This document shows, piece after piece, positions 31,355 to 32,000 of a stretch of DNA of 32,000 nucleotides. This stretch comes from Cupriavidus necator (GTDB lineage: Bacteria; Pseudomonadota; Gammaproteobacteria; Burkholderiales; Burkholderiaceae). The stretch's first letter is position 1; every line of letters begins with the position of its first letter. A program made the translations under genes and the position numbers. The stretch is taken from assembly GCF_016127575.1 (NCBI RefSeq), contig NZ_CP066018.1:2490001-2522000 (forward strand), written 5' to 3'. The notes beneath the pieces are model-generated. The model had not been told where the DNA came from. It saw only the letters and a program-made list of their open reading frames with translations, and searched no databases.

Positions 31355-32000
31355 TCAGGTCACCTGGCCGCGCGTCTGGAAGCGCGCGTCGCGATAGGCG
31401 CCGCTGTCCAGCACGTCGCGCAGGATTTCCACAGCATCCCACACCTCGGCGAAGCTGGTGTACAGCGGCGTGAAGCCGAAGCGGGCGATGCGCGGCTCGC
31501 GGTAATCGCCGATCACGCCGCGCTCGATCAGGGCCTGCACCAGCGCATAGCCGTCCGGGTGCTCCAGGCTGACCTGGCTGCCGCGGCGCGCGTGCTCGCG
31601 CGGCGTGACCAGCGTCAGCGGGTGGTGGCCGCAGCGCGCCTCCACCAGTTCGATGAACAGGTCGGTCAGCAGCAGTGACTTGGCGCGCAGCACCTGCATA
31701 TTGGTCTGGGCGAAGATGTCCAGGCCGCATTCGACCATCGCCAGCGAGGTCACAGGCTGCGTGCCGCACAGGAAGCGGCGCACGCCTTCCACCGGGCGAT
31801 ACTGCGGATCCATCGCGAACGGCGCGGCATGGCCCCACCAACCCGACAGCGGCTGCCAGAAGGCATCGCGCAGCGCCGGCGCGACCCACACGAAGGCGGG
31901 CGAACCCGGGCCGCCGTTCAGGTACTTGTAGGTGCAGCCGATGGCGTAGTCGGCCCCGGCCGCCTTCAGGTTGACCGGCACCGCGCCGGCGGAGTGGCAC
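31355..32000 (-). CDS. kynU: Kynureninase, 3' part; the gene starts beyond the right edge
   Basis: The frame is open to the window edge. ...[41 protein letters not shown]...[34 protein letters not shown]...[17 protein letters not shown] contains the PLP-lysine context YKYLN. GGGAG lies before the downstream kynA. Confidence 0.9.
   Translation of the reverse strand, partial: CHSAGAVPVNLKAAGADYAIGCTYKYLNGGPGSPAFVWVAPALRDAFWQPLSGWWGHAAPFAMDPQYRPVEGVRRFLCGTQPVTSLAMVECGLDIFAQTNMQVLRAKSLLLTDLFIELVEARCGHHPLTLVTPREHARRGSQVSLEHPDGYALVQALIERGVIGDYREPRIARFGFTPLYTSFAEVWDAVEILRDVLDSGAYRDARFQTRGQVT

Noticed and set aside
28070-31473. Plus-strand ORFs 28070..29392 (440 aa) and 30334..31473 (379 aa)
   Set aside because: They are antisense to gcdH and kynA respectively, both of which are confidently identified.

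Overview
High-GC betaproteobacterial chromosome segment; gene content and order suggest a Cupriavidus/Ralstonia-like Burkholderiaceae (inference). Almost all of the window is explained by recognisable genes. Left to right: ribD 5' part (-); a 12-kb, 12-gene co-directional type IV pilus minor-pilin/PilY1 array (-, 642-12655) made of two complete paralogous modules; nrdR and glyA (-), with a ZTP (pfl-motif) riboswitch in the glyA leader; ybgC-tolQ-tolR-tolA-tolB-pal-ybgF (+); queC (+); a YeeE/YedE-family transporter (+); tRNA-Lys(UUU) (+); a membrane PAS-PAS-GGDEF-EAL protein (+); a yqjD/elaB-yqjE-yqjK-like stress operon (-); a 1-Cys peroxiredoxin (+); gcdH (-) divergent from an IclR-family regulator (+); kynA and the 3' part of kynU (-). 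I saw no CRISPR array, transposase, integrase or phage genes, and no block of unexplained ORFs, so I cannot support a wholly new system. The most unusual locus is the dual pilus-tip array. It pairs a GC-rich module encoding a short, signal-peptide-plus-C-terminal-domain-only PilY1 with a lower-GC module encoding a 1293-aa PilY1. The two are joined by overlapping stop/start codons and sit between nrdR and ribD. Other non-obvious signals are the ZTP riboswitch, several GC-rich hairpins inside operons, a perfect palindrome between gcdH and the IclR gene, and a tRNA promoter nested in a terminator hairpin. The many long ORFs antisense to recognisable genes are high-GC artefacts.
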